IMG/VR virus record: IMGVR_UViG_3300037541_000522
Span: 33,812 to 97,811 of that record
Source: a virus
DNA length: 64,000 nucleotides
Strand: one strand, 5' to 3'
This document shows positions 10,307 through 18,747 of the stretch, one piece after another. The stretch's first letter is position 1; every line of letters starts with the position of its first letter. The translations under genes were made by a program, and so were the position numbers. The notes below the pieces were generated by a model that ran no database searches, was not told the DNA's origin, and was given only the letters and a program-made list of their open reading frames with translations.

Positions 10307-10929
10307 TAGAATTGAACTCCAACTTCTTTTAAGTGCTTAAGAGAGGCTAATTCACAGGCTGGTTGGTAGGCATACTGTAGCCACTTTTCATTAGTTAGCC
10401 ATACACGGTAAACCCAGCCATAAGTAGGATCAGGCAGTTCTGTAATAATTTTTGCAGTAGAATCATATCTGCTGCTATATACAGTTTCTCCTACTTCAAA
10501 CTTATCCTGCATTGCGCCTTCAGGAATAAGTTGGGGATGAAAATAGTCGTGAGAACTATTTCGTTTTGGAACGTGGTTTTCTTCTAGAATTCGTTTAATG
10601 AATTCCCCACCACGATACGTGGACCTAGAAATACCCTCAATGGTATTACCCTCAAGATATTCACGAATAATAAATCCGGTTTCTTGTTGGGTTGCAGGTT
10701 TTCCACGTAGTGCTGCCCGACGCTCACCATCTCGACGTTGACGCTCTTTGAACTGTTCAAGAAGTGTTTCTAGGCGTGAAGTGTTATAGTTCATGCCTAG
10801 AATCGCGCAAGCTTCTTTTTTGGTTATAGGCTTAGTGTTGGCATCTTTAGGCTCAAGTAGACCAATAACCTTTTGTAGATTAGTGTCTGTCATACGCTCT
10901 TGTTCAAGAGCTGATCGTTTCTTTGCCAT
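10306..10929 (-). CDS. D2: T5 D2-like protein
   Basis: TKKEACAILG, EYLEG, YRVWL, ELASLKHL match recalled D2 motifs. Confidence 0.8.
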   Translation of the reverse strand: MAKKRSALEQERMTDTNLQKVIGLLEPKDANTKPITKKEACAILGMNYNTSRLETLLEQFKERQRRDGERRAALRGKPATQQETGFIIREYLEGNTIEGISRSTYRGGEFIKRILEENHVPKRNSSHDYFHPQLIPEGAMQDKFEVGETVYSSRYDSTAKIITELPDPTYGWVYRVWLTNEKWLQYAYQPACELASLKHLKEVGVQF

Positions 10930-10975
10930 AGCCTATAACCTCGAAAAATAAGGGCAGCAATGGCTGCCCGGAATA

Positions 10976-11341
10976 TTAAGCCTTGATAACACTCAACAGG
11001 TAAACAGCAGCTTTACCAGTCAGTTTGCCAAGAATATCCTCGTCGATAGGAGCACCCTTGGCTTCGATAGCTTTGGTAAGCTCAGCAATAGCTGCTTCTT
11101 TGCTTACACGCTTAGTGCCTTCGCCGGTTTTGGCGGTACTGCCGCCCTTGCTAGTGCTGGCGGAGGCTTCTTTCTTAACATAGACACCCGCTTGAACAAG
11201 AACCATGCGAACACCGTTAGGTGAGGCTTCGATCTCGTCAGCAATGTCTTTGATAATCTCAGTGCTGCTCTCAGGGGTAGGATCAGCATCTTGATACATT
11301 TTAACAACTTGTTCTTTAAGTTCAGGAGTCCATTGAGTCAT
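10976..11341 (-). CDS. D3: T5 D3-like DNA-binding protein
   Basis: TQWTPEL, PNGVRMVLVQAGVYVKK, KLTGKAA. Confidence 0.85.
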   Translation of the reverse strand: MTQWTPELKEQVVKMYQDADPTPESSTEIIKDIADEIEASPNGVRMVLVQAGVYVKKEASASTSKGGSTAKTGEGTKRVSKEAAIAELTKAIEAKGAPIDEDILGKLTGKAAVYLLSVIKA

Positions 11342-11350
11342 TTTTAATCC

Positions 11351-11608
11351 TTAGTGTATATTGTCTTTGTCAGAGCGTAAGTTTCCGGTTTTTGTAAGTT
11401 CGTATTCAATTAGTTTGTTATATGCTGCATCAAAACTTGCGGCTAAAATGTAAAGTTTTTCTGTAGGTATTAAGCTAGGTGGTAACATAGCTGGAATAGT
11501 TTTATTTTGTCGGCAAGTTTCGTCAATAATTGCGCCTAATTGAATGGCGATTTTAGCTGCTTCTTGAAGTGTTATGGCATCCCATATTCTGAATGGTTTA
11601 TCTGTCAT
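11351..11608 (-). CDS. hypothetical protein
   Basis: ORF in operon; start overlaps the upstream stop. Confidence 0.6.
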   Translation of the reverse strand: MTDKPFRIWDAITLQEAAKIAIQLGAIIDETCRQNKTIPAMLPPSLIPTEKLYILAASFDAAYNKLIEYELTKTGNLRSDKDNIH

Positions 11609-11877
11609 ACTAAAGTAGTTTCGGTAATTTGCATCCGATCAGGAACAAACTGCCGATAATTGTGTTTAAGATCATGGCGAGCCATTAGCTGCATAATTTC
11701 TTCATGTTGACGATTCTTTACTTGACGATACTCGTCCAAGAAAAGTGCAAAGCTAGACTCATCAAGTTGAGTGAGATCAATACCAGCGTAATTACGCTGA
11801 GGTTCTTGCAGTACCATAACAGCACGTTGTGATTGGGAACCATCTTGTTTTGTGTAATTGAATTCTACAAGTTTCAT
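11605..11877 (-). CDS. hypothetical protein
   Basis: ORF downstream of promoter 11907-11935 (TTGAAT-N17-TATAAT). Confidence 0.65.
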   Translation of the reverse strand: MKLVEFNYTKQDGSQSQRAVMVLQEPQRNYAGIDLTQLDESSFALFLDEYRQVKNRQHEEIMQLMARHDLKHNYRQFVPDRMQITETTLV

Positions 11878-11946
11878 AGTCTGTGTTTTCCTAATGAAGA
11901 AATAATATTATAGCAATATATGGCACACGATTCAAGATTAAATTTT

Positions 11947-12207
11947 TTAATCTTCGTTAATTGCTCGCCGCATTCCTGCTCTAGCCGATTCAAACATTGA
12001 TGGAATAAATACTATTGGAAGTACGATAGGAGCCATTAGTGTGTTTAGCAAAATAAACACTACAGAGCTTAACTTGGGACTACGAGTAATATCGTTAATT
12101 ACTCCTGCCTGAATAGCCTCTCTAACTAAGGGTCTAAACATAAACCACCAACTAACAATGCTAGTAGCTAGTGCAATTGAAAAATATACTATAATAATTT
12201 CATGCAT
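11947..12207 (-). CDS. membrane protein (2 TM)
   Basis: Two hydrophobic segments. Confidence 0.6.
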   Translation of the reverse strand: MHEIIIVYFSIALATSIVSWWFMFRPLVREAIQAGVINDITRSPKLSSVVFILLNTLMAPIVLPIVFIPSMFESARAGMRRAINED

Positions 12208-12210
12208 AGA

Positions 12211-12522
12211 TTACCAGCAATCGCCAATTACTTCTTCGCTATCTCCCTCTACCTTTTCTTCAAGCTCTTTGCCGCGCTTAATATCATCGTTCATATCCCG
12301 TACACGAACTAGTGCATCAATAAGTTCATTAATATGGTCAATGCTAACTGGAACTTCTCGATCACAGGTATCACGCAACATTACGTCTTCCATACCACCG
12401 TTATTAGTGCCCCACTCAAGCTCGTAATAAAAGTATTTAGTAGGTGCTTCATCAGTAGTAAACAGCTCATCTGCATCAAGCTCGCTGGGATCGTAGTCTA
12501 CTGCGCCAAAAAAGATTTTCAT
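12211..12522 (-). CDS. acidic hypothetical protein
   Basis: Likely start MKIFFGAV after an AAGGA RBS. Confidence 0.6.
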   Translation of the reverse strand: MKIFFGAVDYDPSELDADELFTTDEAPTKYFYYELEWGTNNGGMEDVMLRDTCDREVPVSIDHINELIDALVRVRDMNDDIKRGKELEEKVEGDSEEVIGDCW

Positions 12523-12532
12523 TTGTGTTTCC

Positions 12533-12727
12533 TTAGTTAATTTCAATAAAGTTAATTGCAATATCTTGATCTGTACACCACTCTAAGAGTTTGTCTAGGG
12601 TAGCAATACCGGGCGGTTTTGCGCCTAAGTAGTTAACTACAGCATCAAAATCTGTATCCGCGTGTATGATTTTTTGATCTACAGTTCCGGTATGATTCAT
12701 GTAGCTAGCTACAATATATTTGCTCAA
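12533..12727 (-). CDS. hypothetical protein
   Basis: ORF in operon. Confidence 0.5.
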   Translation of the reverse strand: MSKYIVASYMNHTGTVDQKIIHADTDFDAVVNYLGAKPPGIATLDKLLEWCTDQDIAINFIEIN

Positions 12728-12969
12728 CTTGGATCTCCTAGTAGTTTAAGATTTAGGGTAAAGTTTTCTACTGTTGTTCTGACTAGAGTAGCTAAGATTA
12801 GCATTTCTCGTTCAGTTTCAGGATAGCCAAACAGGTCTACTAGTCCGTTTGCGATTAGCAAATAAGCACTGTTTTCATCTACGCTTAGCATACCCCAGTC
12901 AATAGGATCGTTAACTTCTTCCTCTTGTGCTAGTTCAATAATTTGTGCTAATTGTGGAATATTATTCAT
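12724..12969 (-). CDS. hypothetical protein
   Basis: ORF immediately after a tRNA. Confidence 0.55.
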   Translation of the reverse strand: MNNIPQLAQIIELAQEEEVNDPIDWGMLSVDENSAYLLIANGLVDLFGYPETEREMLILATLVRTTVENFTLNLKLLGDPS

Positions 12970-12974
12970 AGTAT

Positions 12975-13052
12975 TGGTGGGCCCCCTGGGAGTCGAACCC
13001 AGTACCTGCCGATTATGAGTCGGATGCTCTAACCACCGTGAGCTAGAGGCCC
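12975..13052 (-). tRNA. tRNA-Ile2 (CAT, lysidine type)
   Basis: GGGCCTC acceptor, loop CT-CAT-AA, GTTCGA T-loop, encoded CCA; body resembles Ile2 more than Met. Confidence 0.85.
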
Positions 13053-13059
13053 GTATAGG

Positions 13060-13263
13060 TTACATAAATGCTGCCCACAGCAGCGGCATGAAAAGTAGAA
13101 CACCAAAAAACACAGCAACAATCCAACCTGGATCTTTGAGTGTAAGTACGGTTTGTTTGCTGACAGGAACCCCTGCATATTCTACAGTATTTTGTGTGTT
13201 AGTATTAGTTAGGGTTTCTGAGCTACGTGGCCACGGCCAACTTTTATTTTGCACTTTTTGCAA
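13060..13263 (-). CDS. small membrane protein
   Basis: C-terminal hydrophobic helix. Confidence 0.45.
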   Translation of the reverse strand: MQKVQNKSWPWPRSSETLTNTNTQNTVEYAGVPVSKQTVLTLKDPGWIVAVFFGVLLFMPLLWAAFM

Positions 13264-13780
13264 TCCTTTTATTTATATCTGCTAGGCTGACCGGAGTATA
13301 GTTGTCAAGGCACTCCATGCTAACATTTATGTAACGTGGGTCTGGGTGGCCGTTTGGTAAGAGCACTCGTTTGTAGTGCAGGTGTCCGTGTAAGTTAGTG
13401 CCCCAGCGATCCAAACTCTCTGGATGTATAGGCACATGAGTCATTACTACACCGTACCTATGGCATACTCCACGAACATCATCAAAGTATTGTGCATACT
13501 GTGCTAGCTTACACTCGTCGTGATTACCACGGATCAATATTTTTATACCGTTAAGACGACCTAGAATTTCTAGTCCTGTTGCATTCTTAGTCATGCAAAC
13601 ATCGCCTAGGAAGTATACTTTGTCATCAGGTTTGACCACACTGTTGTGTTGAGCAATAATGTGCTCGTGCATATGGTTAATGCCATTAAAACTACGTAGT
13701 TGTGTGCCGTCACTTCTAAGAAACTTTAAGATGTTCTCGTGATGAAAGTGATGGTCACTAGCAAAAAATACATTGCTCAT
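13244..13780 (-). CDS. calcineurin-like metallophosphoesterase
   Basis: SDHH, LGD, GNHD, THVP, HGHLH. Confidence 0.88.
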   Translation of the reverse strand: MSNVFFASDHHFHHENILKFLRSDGTQLRSFNGINHMHEHIIAQHNSVVKPDDKVYFLGDVCMTKNATGLEILGRLNGIKILIRGNHDECKLAQYAQYFDDVRGVCHRYGVVMTHVPIHPESLDRWGTNLHGHLHYKRVLLPNGHPDPRYINVSMECLDNYTPVSLADINKRIAKSAK

Positions 13781-13863
13781 TTTTAAACCTTAAAAATAAT
13801 GCCCAGCCTGTGTGACATTTTTATATTATATCACACTGACTGGGCCTGTGCAAGTTTAAGTTT

Positions 13864-13938
13864 TGGTAGTACCTGAGGGTTTCGAACCCACGACCCTCTC
13901 GGTGTAAACGAGATGCTCTACCACTGAGCTAAGGTACT
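13864..13938 (-). tRNA. tRNA-Val (TAC)
   Basis: Cloverleaf, TT-TAC-AC loop, CCA. Confidence 0.92.
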
Positions 13939-14506
13939 AGGGATTTGCTAGGTAAAAAGCTAGGGCAAAGCCTAGTGGAGTCATACTACGCAATTCTTTA
14001 GTTCGTTCTGATTTACCACCTAATTGCATTATTGGCGATTTAGGGTCGGGATCAACTGGTGATTGAGGCAGGTCACGATTAAATGTGCCCCACAATCCTG
14101 TTTTCTTGGTGTAGGCGTCACCAAACCACCACGGCTGAAAGTACCAAGGTGTGCCTAGTTCTGGCCTAAGTTTTGCTAGTCTACCCACAGGATTTTCAAT
14201 CACCCACCATTTGGGTTCATGATAGCTTATGATTTCTAGGGTTTTATCTACTAGCTGTAGGCTCTGCTGGGTACGCCCATCCCTATCTTTTTGCCCCCAG
14301 TACTGAGCACCACTACTAGCAAAGTCTGTGCAAGGTGGAGCAGCTAGGATGCCGTGTATGGGTTGTGGTAAGTCGCCGGGAGTTATATCAAGTATATCAA
14401 GACCAAGTTTAACGTCTACTTGATATACGTCATATAATCCGCTGTCGCGGTAGTATTTAGGCCAATTGCCACTATAATCGAACAGGGAAAGTATAATTTT
14501 TTTCAT
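13937..14506 (-). CDS. short C5-cytosine DNA methyltransferase-like protein
   Basis: Motif I-like LSLFDYSG, catalytic PPC, ENP motif VI; start MKKIILSL. Confidence 0.8.
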   Translation of the reverse strand: MKKIILSLFDYSGNWPKYYRDSGLYDVYQVDVKLGLDILDITPGDLPQPIHGILAAPPCTDFASSGAQYWGQKDRDGRTQQSLQLVDKTLEIISYHEPKWWVIENPVGRLAKLRPELGTPWYFQPWWFGDAYTKKTGLWGTFNRDLPQSPVDPDPKSPIMQLGGKSERTKELRSMTPLGFALAFYLANP

Positions 14507-14583
14507 GGAGCGGGTAGGGAGATTCGAACTCCTCACTTCGAGTTTGGAAGACTGGCGTGCTAACCGTTAAACACTATACCCGC
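14506..14583 (-). tRNA. tRNA-Gly (TCC)
   Basis: GCGGGTA acceptor, CT-TCC-AA, U73, CCA. Confidence 0.9.
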
Positions 14584-14746
14584 TAGTATACCTAACTTGT
14601 CTATAGAATAGTTTATTAACTACTTGTTCTCGTTGTTTGTCTGTGTATGCTGTCCAGTCTTGGATTTCTTCCCTAGTTCTCCAGCAGTCTATACATAGCT
14701 CTAGTTTAGGGTCTAGCCTACACACTTTAATACAAGGGGTAATCAT
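14567..14746 (-). CDS. DUF1289-like Cys-rich (putative Fe-S) small protein
   Basis: Manual translation MITPCIKVCRLDPKLELCIDCWRTREEIQDW (59 aa, not in the ORF track). Confidence 0.75.
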   Translation of the reverse strand: MITPCIKVCRLDPKLELCIDCWRTREEIQDWTAYTDKQREQVVNKLFYRQVRYTSGYSV

Positions 14747-14914
14747 ATTAGTCTAAGACTAGCACTTCTACATCCCAGAATCCCCACTCGTCCACAGTCC
14801 AATTTAGGAACATTTTAGTTGGTAGGGGAATAAGGTAGCCAGCACTGGGTGGAATTTTTGTTTGGTTCATTGGCGCAAATCTAAAAAGTAGAGGGTGCTG
14901 GGCACCCTCTATGT

Positions 14915-15004
14915 TGGCAGAAGCGGTGAGATTCGAACTCACGGACCCCTTACGGAATCGTCGGTTTTCAAGACCGGTGCCTTAAACCCCTCGACCACGC
15001 TTCT
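14915..15004 (-). tRNA. tRNA-Ser (TGA)
   Basis: Long variable arm, CT-TGA-AA, G73, CCA. Confidence 0.92.
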
Positions 15005-15443
15005 AAAGATCAAGCTGTTGTTGTCCACCAATAGGAATACGCTTAGGCTTCAGGGTTTCTTGCAAGCCTAGGTAAACCTTTAACAAGCCGTCTTTAAGCT
15101 CGGCATGTAGGACTTCATACTGATTGTCTAGGAAAAAGCTACGAGTAAAGCCTCTGTAGGCAATACCTTGATGAATCCAAGCTGTATAATCTTTATCTTC
15201 TTCCTGCTCAGACTTTTGAGCAGTAATTACAAGTTCGCCTTTTGATACTTCCAGACTAATCTCTGATTCCTTAAAACCAGCAACAGCTAGTTCTAGGAGA
15301 TACTTGTGATCTTCTGCTTTGCGAACATTGTATGGTGGATAATTAACATTTGCTTTAGCAATCATTTGCGTATGCAATTTGTTAATGCGATCTTGGGCTT
15401 CATCAAAGCCTAGAAAGTATTTATTAATATCTTTTAGTGTCAT
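15003..15443 (-). CDS. small heat-shock protein Hsp20 (IbpA-like)
   Basis: NYPPYNV, ELAVAGF, HQGIAYRGFTRSF, AELKDGLL, PKRIPI. Confidence 0.93.
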   Translation of the reverse strand: MTLKDINKYFLGFDEAQDRINKLHTQMIAKANVNYPPYNVRKAEDHKYLLELAVAGFKESEISLEVSKGELVITAQKSEQEEDKDYTAWIHQGIAYRGFTRSFFLDNQYEVLHAELKDGLLKVYLGLQETLKPKRIPIGGQQQLDL

Positions 15444-15497
15444 CTCATTCTCCTCGGTTGAGCAAGAATTGTTAATAAAAATGCCAAATGGCCATTT

Positions 15498-15806
15498 AAG
15501 TCCAGGTTTTCTGTTACGAGGATAACCTGGAACCCTAAGCCGAGTTTAGGCGGCTAATGCGAACGTTTCATCGTTTGCGTTTAGTTTGTTTGCTTCTCTA
15601 GCCGGGTAGTCCCAGCCCTACGGCTTCTGCATTGCCGAGTTGTCCATCTTCCTACTCTGCACCCTGTCGAAACCATGACTAGCCCATCAGAAACATTCTC
15701 ACGGTTTATCTTTCCGTTCCCAAATACATGGACAAAAATGTTTCTGGTGGACCAGGCGGGAGTCGAACCCGCGTCCAAAGCACCTTTGGGTTAACTTCAT
15801 ACAACT
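15498..15806 (-). ncRNA. ssrA: tmRNA, circularly permuted (two-piece), tag ANDETFALAA
   Basis: Acceptor piece ending GGTTCGACTCCCGCCTGGTCCACCA (to 15745) lies upstream of the 5' end GGGCTAG (15685); G3:U70 Ala pair; tag frame 15578-15546. Confidence 0.92.
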
Positions 15807-15984
15807 ATATCTTCTTTTGCGTAACACTACAACTACCAACTAGGGTTTTACCTTTAGTTTCGTAGTCTAGTTTAAGTTTGGCTAGTGCTTGTTCGCACTC
15901 AGCTCTGCTAGAGTATGCACCTCTAGTTCCGTGCTCGCCGCCAGTGCCTAACACAGAAAATAGTATAATCCATACCCAAGCCAT
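15805..15984 (-). CDS. small exported Cys-pair protein
   Basis: MAWVWIILFSVLG...YSSRAECEQA...GSC. Confidence 0.55.
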   Translation of the reverse strand: MAWVWIILFSVLGTGGEHGTRGAYSSRAECEQALAKLKLDYETKGKTLVGSCSVTQKKI

Positions 15985-15989
15985 AGTAT

Positions 15990-16379
15990 TTATCCTATAT
16001 CTTGTGCCCAAGAATGCTGATTCCAGAACTCACTAACTTTTGCTTGGTCAAGACCACAAAACTCAGCAAATTTAGTTAGCAAGTTGTCATCATGTTCAGC
16101 ATCAAAAATGCTATTATGTATAGTCAGGTATCCTGCCATCTGTGCAGGAGCATAGGCTTCTGGCCCGAACTCAAACACATTGTAGAGAACATACCTGTAA
16201 GTGCCCTTGTCCTCAATATCACCTTTGTAGATGCGACGACACACTGCACAGAATGCATCAAGCTGTTGCTCTTTGGTTAAACTATTCCAGTACTCCTCAC
16301 TAGCCTGCTCAATATTTAGCATAGCTTTATTCCAAGCTTCGCCAATTTCACTTAGTGAATCTTTAAGTTCTTCGTTCAT
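15990..16379 (-). CDS. hypothetical protein
   Basis: 129-aa ORF between tRNA-Thr and tmRNA. Confidence 0.6.
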   Translation of the reverse strand: MNEELKDSLSEIGEAWNKAMLNIEQASEEYWNSLTKEQQLDAFCAVCRRIYKGDIEDKGTYRYVLYNVFEFGPEAYAPAQMAGYLTIHNSIFDAEHDDNLLTKFAEFCGLDQAKVSEFWNQHSWAQDIG

Positions 16380-16391
16380 GATTATACTTAG

Positions 16392-16466
<75 letters not shown>

Positions 16467-16470
16467 GGTG

Positions 16471-16546
16471 TGGAGTAGATGACAGGACTCGAACCTGCAT
16501 ATACTGGATTTGCAATCCAGTCCCTAGCCTTTCGGGTCACATCTAC
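16471..16546 (-). tRNA. tRNA-Cys (GCA)
   Basis: TT-GCA-AA loop, U73, CCA. Confidence 0.9.
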
Positions 16547-16764
16547 ATAATTCGGGGATCTAGCTTACGTTGGGTAACCAGCTGCTCAAATGTTGCAAAG
16601 GTGCGCTCAAACTTAAGGTGATAAAGAGTCTTAAGTCCAAGTAAGAGATTATGCACATCGTCACTAAGTTCAAGACTATCAGTTTCCATAATAGTCTGCA
16701 GATCATCGGTAATATGCCAGCAATCTAGGATTTCTTGTTCAAGATCAAAGCGGTCTTTAGTCAT
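16543..16764 (-). CDS. hypothetical protein
   Basis: DRFDLEQEILDCW, a motif recalled from phage hypothetical proteins. Confidence 0.6.
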   Translation of the reverse strand: MTKDRFDLEQEILDCWHITDDLQTIMETDSLELSDDVHNLLLGLKTLYHLKFERTFATFEQLVTQRKLDPRIM

Positions 16765-16765
16765 T

Positions 16766-17236
16766 TTAGTTTGAAAGAATAAATTTTAGTCGGTCTGCTG
16801 CGTAACTTGCTGCAAATGCTTGAGGTTTAACTTGTGCTTCTATATTACAGGTGCCACGAATATATCCAATAGCTTGAGAAATTACTTGTGAACTAGCATA
16901 GCGATCATCTGGATTAATATCTAGATGCACTTCTACGTGTCGGTCTTGGAGTACATCGCTTAGCTCATTAAATAGCTGTGCGACCTTATACACTTCACCC
17001 ATGAGTCGTAGCGCAGGCTTATCTCGGCGTTGATCATAGTCTCGCTCACGAGTAATATGACCAAATATCTTACAGCCGTGTTTGCCTTCAATGTGAACTA
17101 CAACCGCTAGGTAGTATTCAGCCATCCAGCAATCACCACCACTTACACGCTCACTATCTGCGCCCAAGTATATTCGAGTATCTGCGCTTTGAGCACTAAT
17201 AAACTGTTTAATTTCGTCTAGGTCGAATTGTTTCAT
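16766..17236 (-). CDS. RNase H-like YkuK (DUF458) family protein
   Basis: IYLGADS, RLMGEV, EVHLDIN, AASYAADR; start MKQFDL. Confidence 0.85.
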   Translation of the reverse strand: MKQFDLDEIKQFISAQSADTRIYLGADSERVSGGDCWMAEYYLAVVVHIEGKHGCKIFGHITRERDYDQRRDKPALRLMGEVYKVAQLFNELSDVLQDRHVEVHLDINPDDRYASSQVISQAIGYIRGTCNIEAQVKPQAFAASYAADRLKFILSN

Positions 17237-17242
17237 GATTTG

Positions 17243-17316
17243 TGGCAGGGGTACTTGGAGTCGAACCAAGAATATGGGAATCAAAATCCTGTGTGATACC
17301 GTTTCACTATACCCCA
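17243..17316 (-). tRNA. tRNA-Gln (TTG), weak anticodon stem
   Basis: TT-TTG-AT loop, G73, CCA; two mismatches at the top of the anticodon stem. Confidence 0.8.
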
Positions 17317-17318
17317 CT

Positions 17319-17393
17319 TGGCTCCACAGGCTGGGATCGAACCAACGACCAATTGATTAACAGTCAACTGCTCTACCGCTGAGCTACTGTGGA
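17319..17393 (-). tRNA. tRNA-Asn (GTT)
   Basis: Cloverleaf, CT-GTT-AA, CCA. Confidence 0.93.
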
Positions 17394-17581
17394 ATATAAT
17401 TAAGCTGTGCTAGAATGTACCGGTATACTGTTCTACGAGGTTCATCCCCTGACTCCAACATTTGGAGTGGAGTTTGCATACCAAATGCACGATTAGGTGA
17501 TTCGTACCACTTGTCTACTAGCTCTTGTGAACCTAGCATACTCTTTAGGCACATATTAAGTGTAGCGTATGGATACTTCAT
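17384..17581 (-). CDS. Xre/MbcA/ParS antitoxin C-terminal-domain-like protein (DUF2384)
   Basis: KWYESPNRAFGMQTPLQML fits the W-x3-PN-x-A-x-G-x2-TP-x3-L pattern. Confidence 0.7.
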   Translation of the reverse strand: MKYPYATLNMCLKSMLGSQELVDKWYESPNRAFGMQTPLQMLESGDEPRRTVYRYILAQLNYIPQ

Positions 17582-17598
17582 TCAGATTCCTAAGTGTA

Positions 17599-17684
17599 TG
17601 GTGCCCCGAGCCGGACTCGAACCGGCACGCATTTTCAGCGAGGGATTTTAAGTCCCTTGTGTCTACCTATTTCACCATCAGGGC
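17599..17684 (-). tRNA. tRNA-Leu (TAA)
   Basis: Variable arm, CT-TAA-AA, A73, CCA. Confidence 0.93.
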
Positions 17685-17689
17685 TTAGA

Positions 17690-17905
17690 TCAGACTAGTA
17701 CAGTTCCCCTGTCGTAGAGGATATAGATATTTTGGAACTGCTGGTGCATTAGGTCAAGGTCGCGGATCGAGCAGTAGGGTCCGCCTTCAATTTGAAAGTC
17801 TTTGCCACCCTGCCAGTCGCGGAGCGCTTGCTCACGAGTCTTATACTGGCGACCATAGGCAGGCAGCAAGAACATGGGACTAGTAACTTGGTTCAACGCT
17901 TCCAT
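17690..17905 (-). CDS. hypothetical protein
   Basis: PAYGRQYKT...DWQGGKDF; downstream of promoter 17935-17963. Confidence 0.65.
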   Translation of the reverse strand: MEALNQVTSPMFLLPAYGRQYKTREQALRDWQGGKDFQIEGGPYCSIRDLDLMHQQFQNIYILYDRGTVLV

Positions 17906-17977
17906 TTAGATTCCTAAATTGTCACAGAAATAATATTATAGCAAATCTGCGATTTAGGGTCAAGACAAAAATTTTCT

Positions 17978-18051
17978 TGGCCTCCCCATACGGACTCGAA
18001 CCGCAACCAACAGTTTTGGAGACTGTGATGCTGCCATTACACCATGAGGAG
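17978..18051 (-). tRNA. tRNA-Trp (CCA)
   Basis: CT-CCA-AA, G73, CCA end. Confidence 0.9.
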
Positions 18052-18056
18052 GTTAG

Positions 18057-18130
18057 TGGTTGCGGGAGAGGGAATCGAACCCCCATCTGGAGCTTATGAG
18101 ACTCCTGAATTACCTTTACTCTATCCCGCG
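18057..18130 (-). tRNA. tRNA-Met (CAT), initiator-like acceptor
   Basis: CGCGGGA acceptor with C1:A72 mismatch, CT-CAT-AA. Confidence 0.88.
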
Positions 18131-18138
18131 AAAATTAG

Positions 18139-18282
18139 TTATTGTGAGCGATTGAACCAGTTACTAGTAGTAAGCCAGCGCTTTTCTAGATCTTCTAGTT
18201 CTTTGTGGTCTTTAGGGCCGTATTCTTTGACATAATCCTCGAATGTGTACGGACGAACAAATTCCAGGACGCGCTGCCACAT
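18139..18282 (-). CDS. small hypothetical protein
   Basis: Manual translation MWQRVLEFVRPYTFEDYVKEYGPKDHKELEDLEKRW (47 aa). Confidence 0.5.
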   Translation of the reverse strand: MWQRVLEFVRPYTFEDYVKEYGPKDHKELEDLEKRWLTTSNWFNRSQ

Positions 18283-18283
18283 A

Positions 18284-18523
18284 TCAGCGACTTTCATTAT
18301 TTACAAAGCCGTATAGCTCTTTGGCTTTCTCTAGAATATCTTTAAAATCATAAAACTTGGGCATATGCGTAGCCCAATCTTCGGGCTGAACCTTGCCAAG
18401 CTCTACCATCTGGTGAAATGTTTGCTCTGCAAATTGTTTATTAGCTTCAAACTGTTGTTGAAGATAGCCCTGAGCAAGTTGTAGCAGCTCAGTGCGAATT
18501 TCGTACGGATTTTTAGTTGTCAT
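18284..18523 (-). CDS. hypothetical protein
   Basis: KNPYEIRTELLQLA...AKELYGFV, recalled phage family. Confidence 0.65.
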   Translation of the reverse strand: MTTKNPYEIRTELLQLAQGYLQQQFEANKQFAEQTFHQMVELGKVQPEDWATHMPKFYDFKDILEKAKELYGFVNNESR

Positions 18524-18554
18524 GATACTTCCTTGTGTGTTGTGTGTGTAAAAG

Positions 18555-18666
18555 AAAAAAGCCGGTTACCTGTCCGGCATAACCCGTATCGTCTGTTATG
18601 GATGACGCTAGCACTGCCGCGGCTAGTAACGGCTATAGCGGTTTAGGTTCTATAGCTAACCAGGAT
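18555..18666 (-). ncRNA. candidate structured RNA after tRNA-Pro, ending in a terminator
   Basis: Hairpins GCTATAG/CTATAGC, CTAGC/GCTAG, CATAAC/GTTATG, then GCCGG/CCGGC + T6. Confidence 0.45.
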
Positions 18667-18745
18667 TGGTCTCGGGGGTGGGATTCGAACTCACGATCTC
18701 CTGCTCCCAAAGCAGGCGCTTTAAGCCGGACTAAGCTACACCGAG
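18667..18745 (-). tRNA. tRNA-Pro (TGG)
   Basis: TT-TGG-GA loop, CCA. Confidence 0.92.
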
Positions 18746-18747
18746 TA

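Noticed and set aside
15581-15778. 65-aa ORF
   Set aside because: Lies within the tmRNA gene
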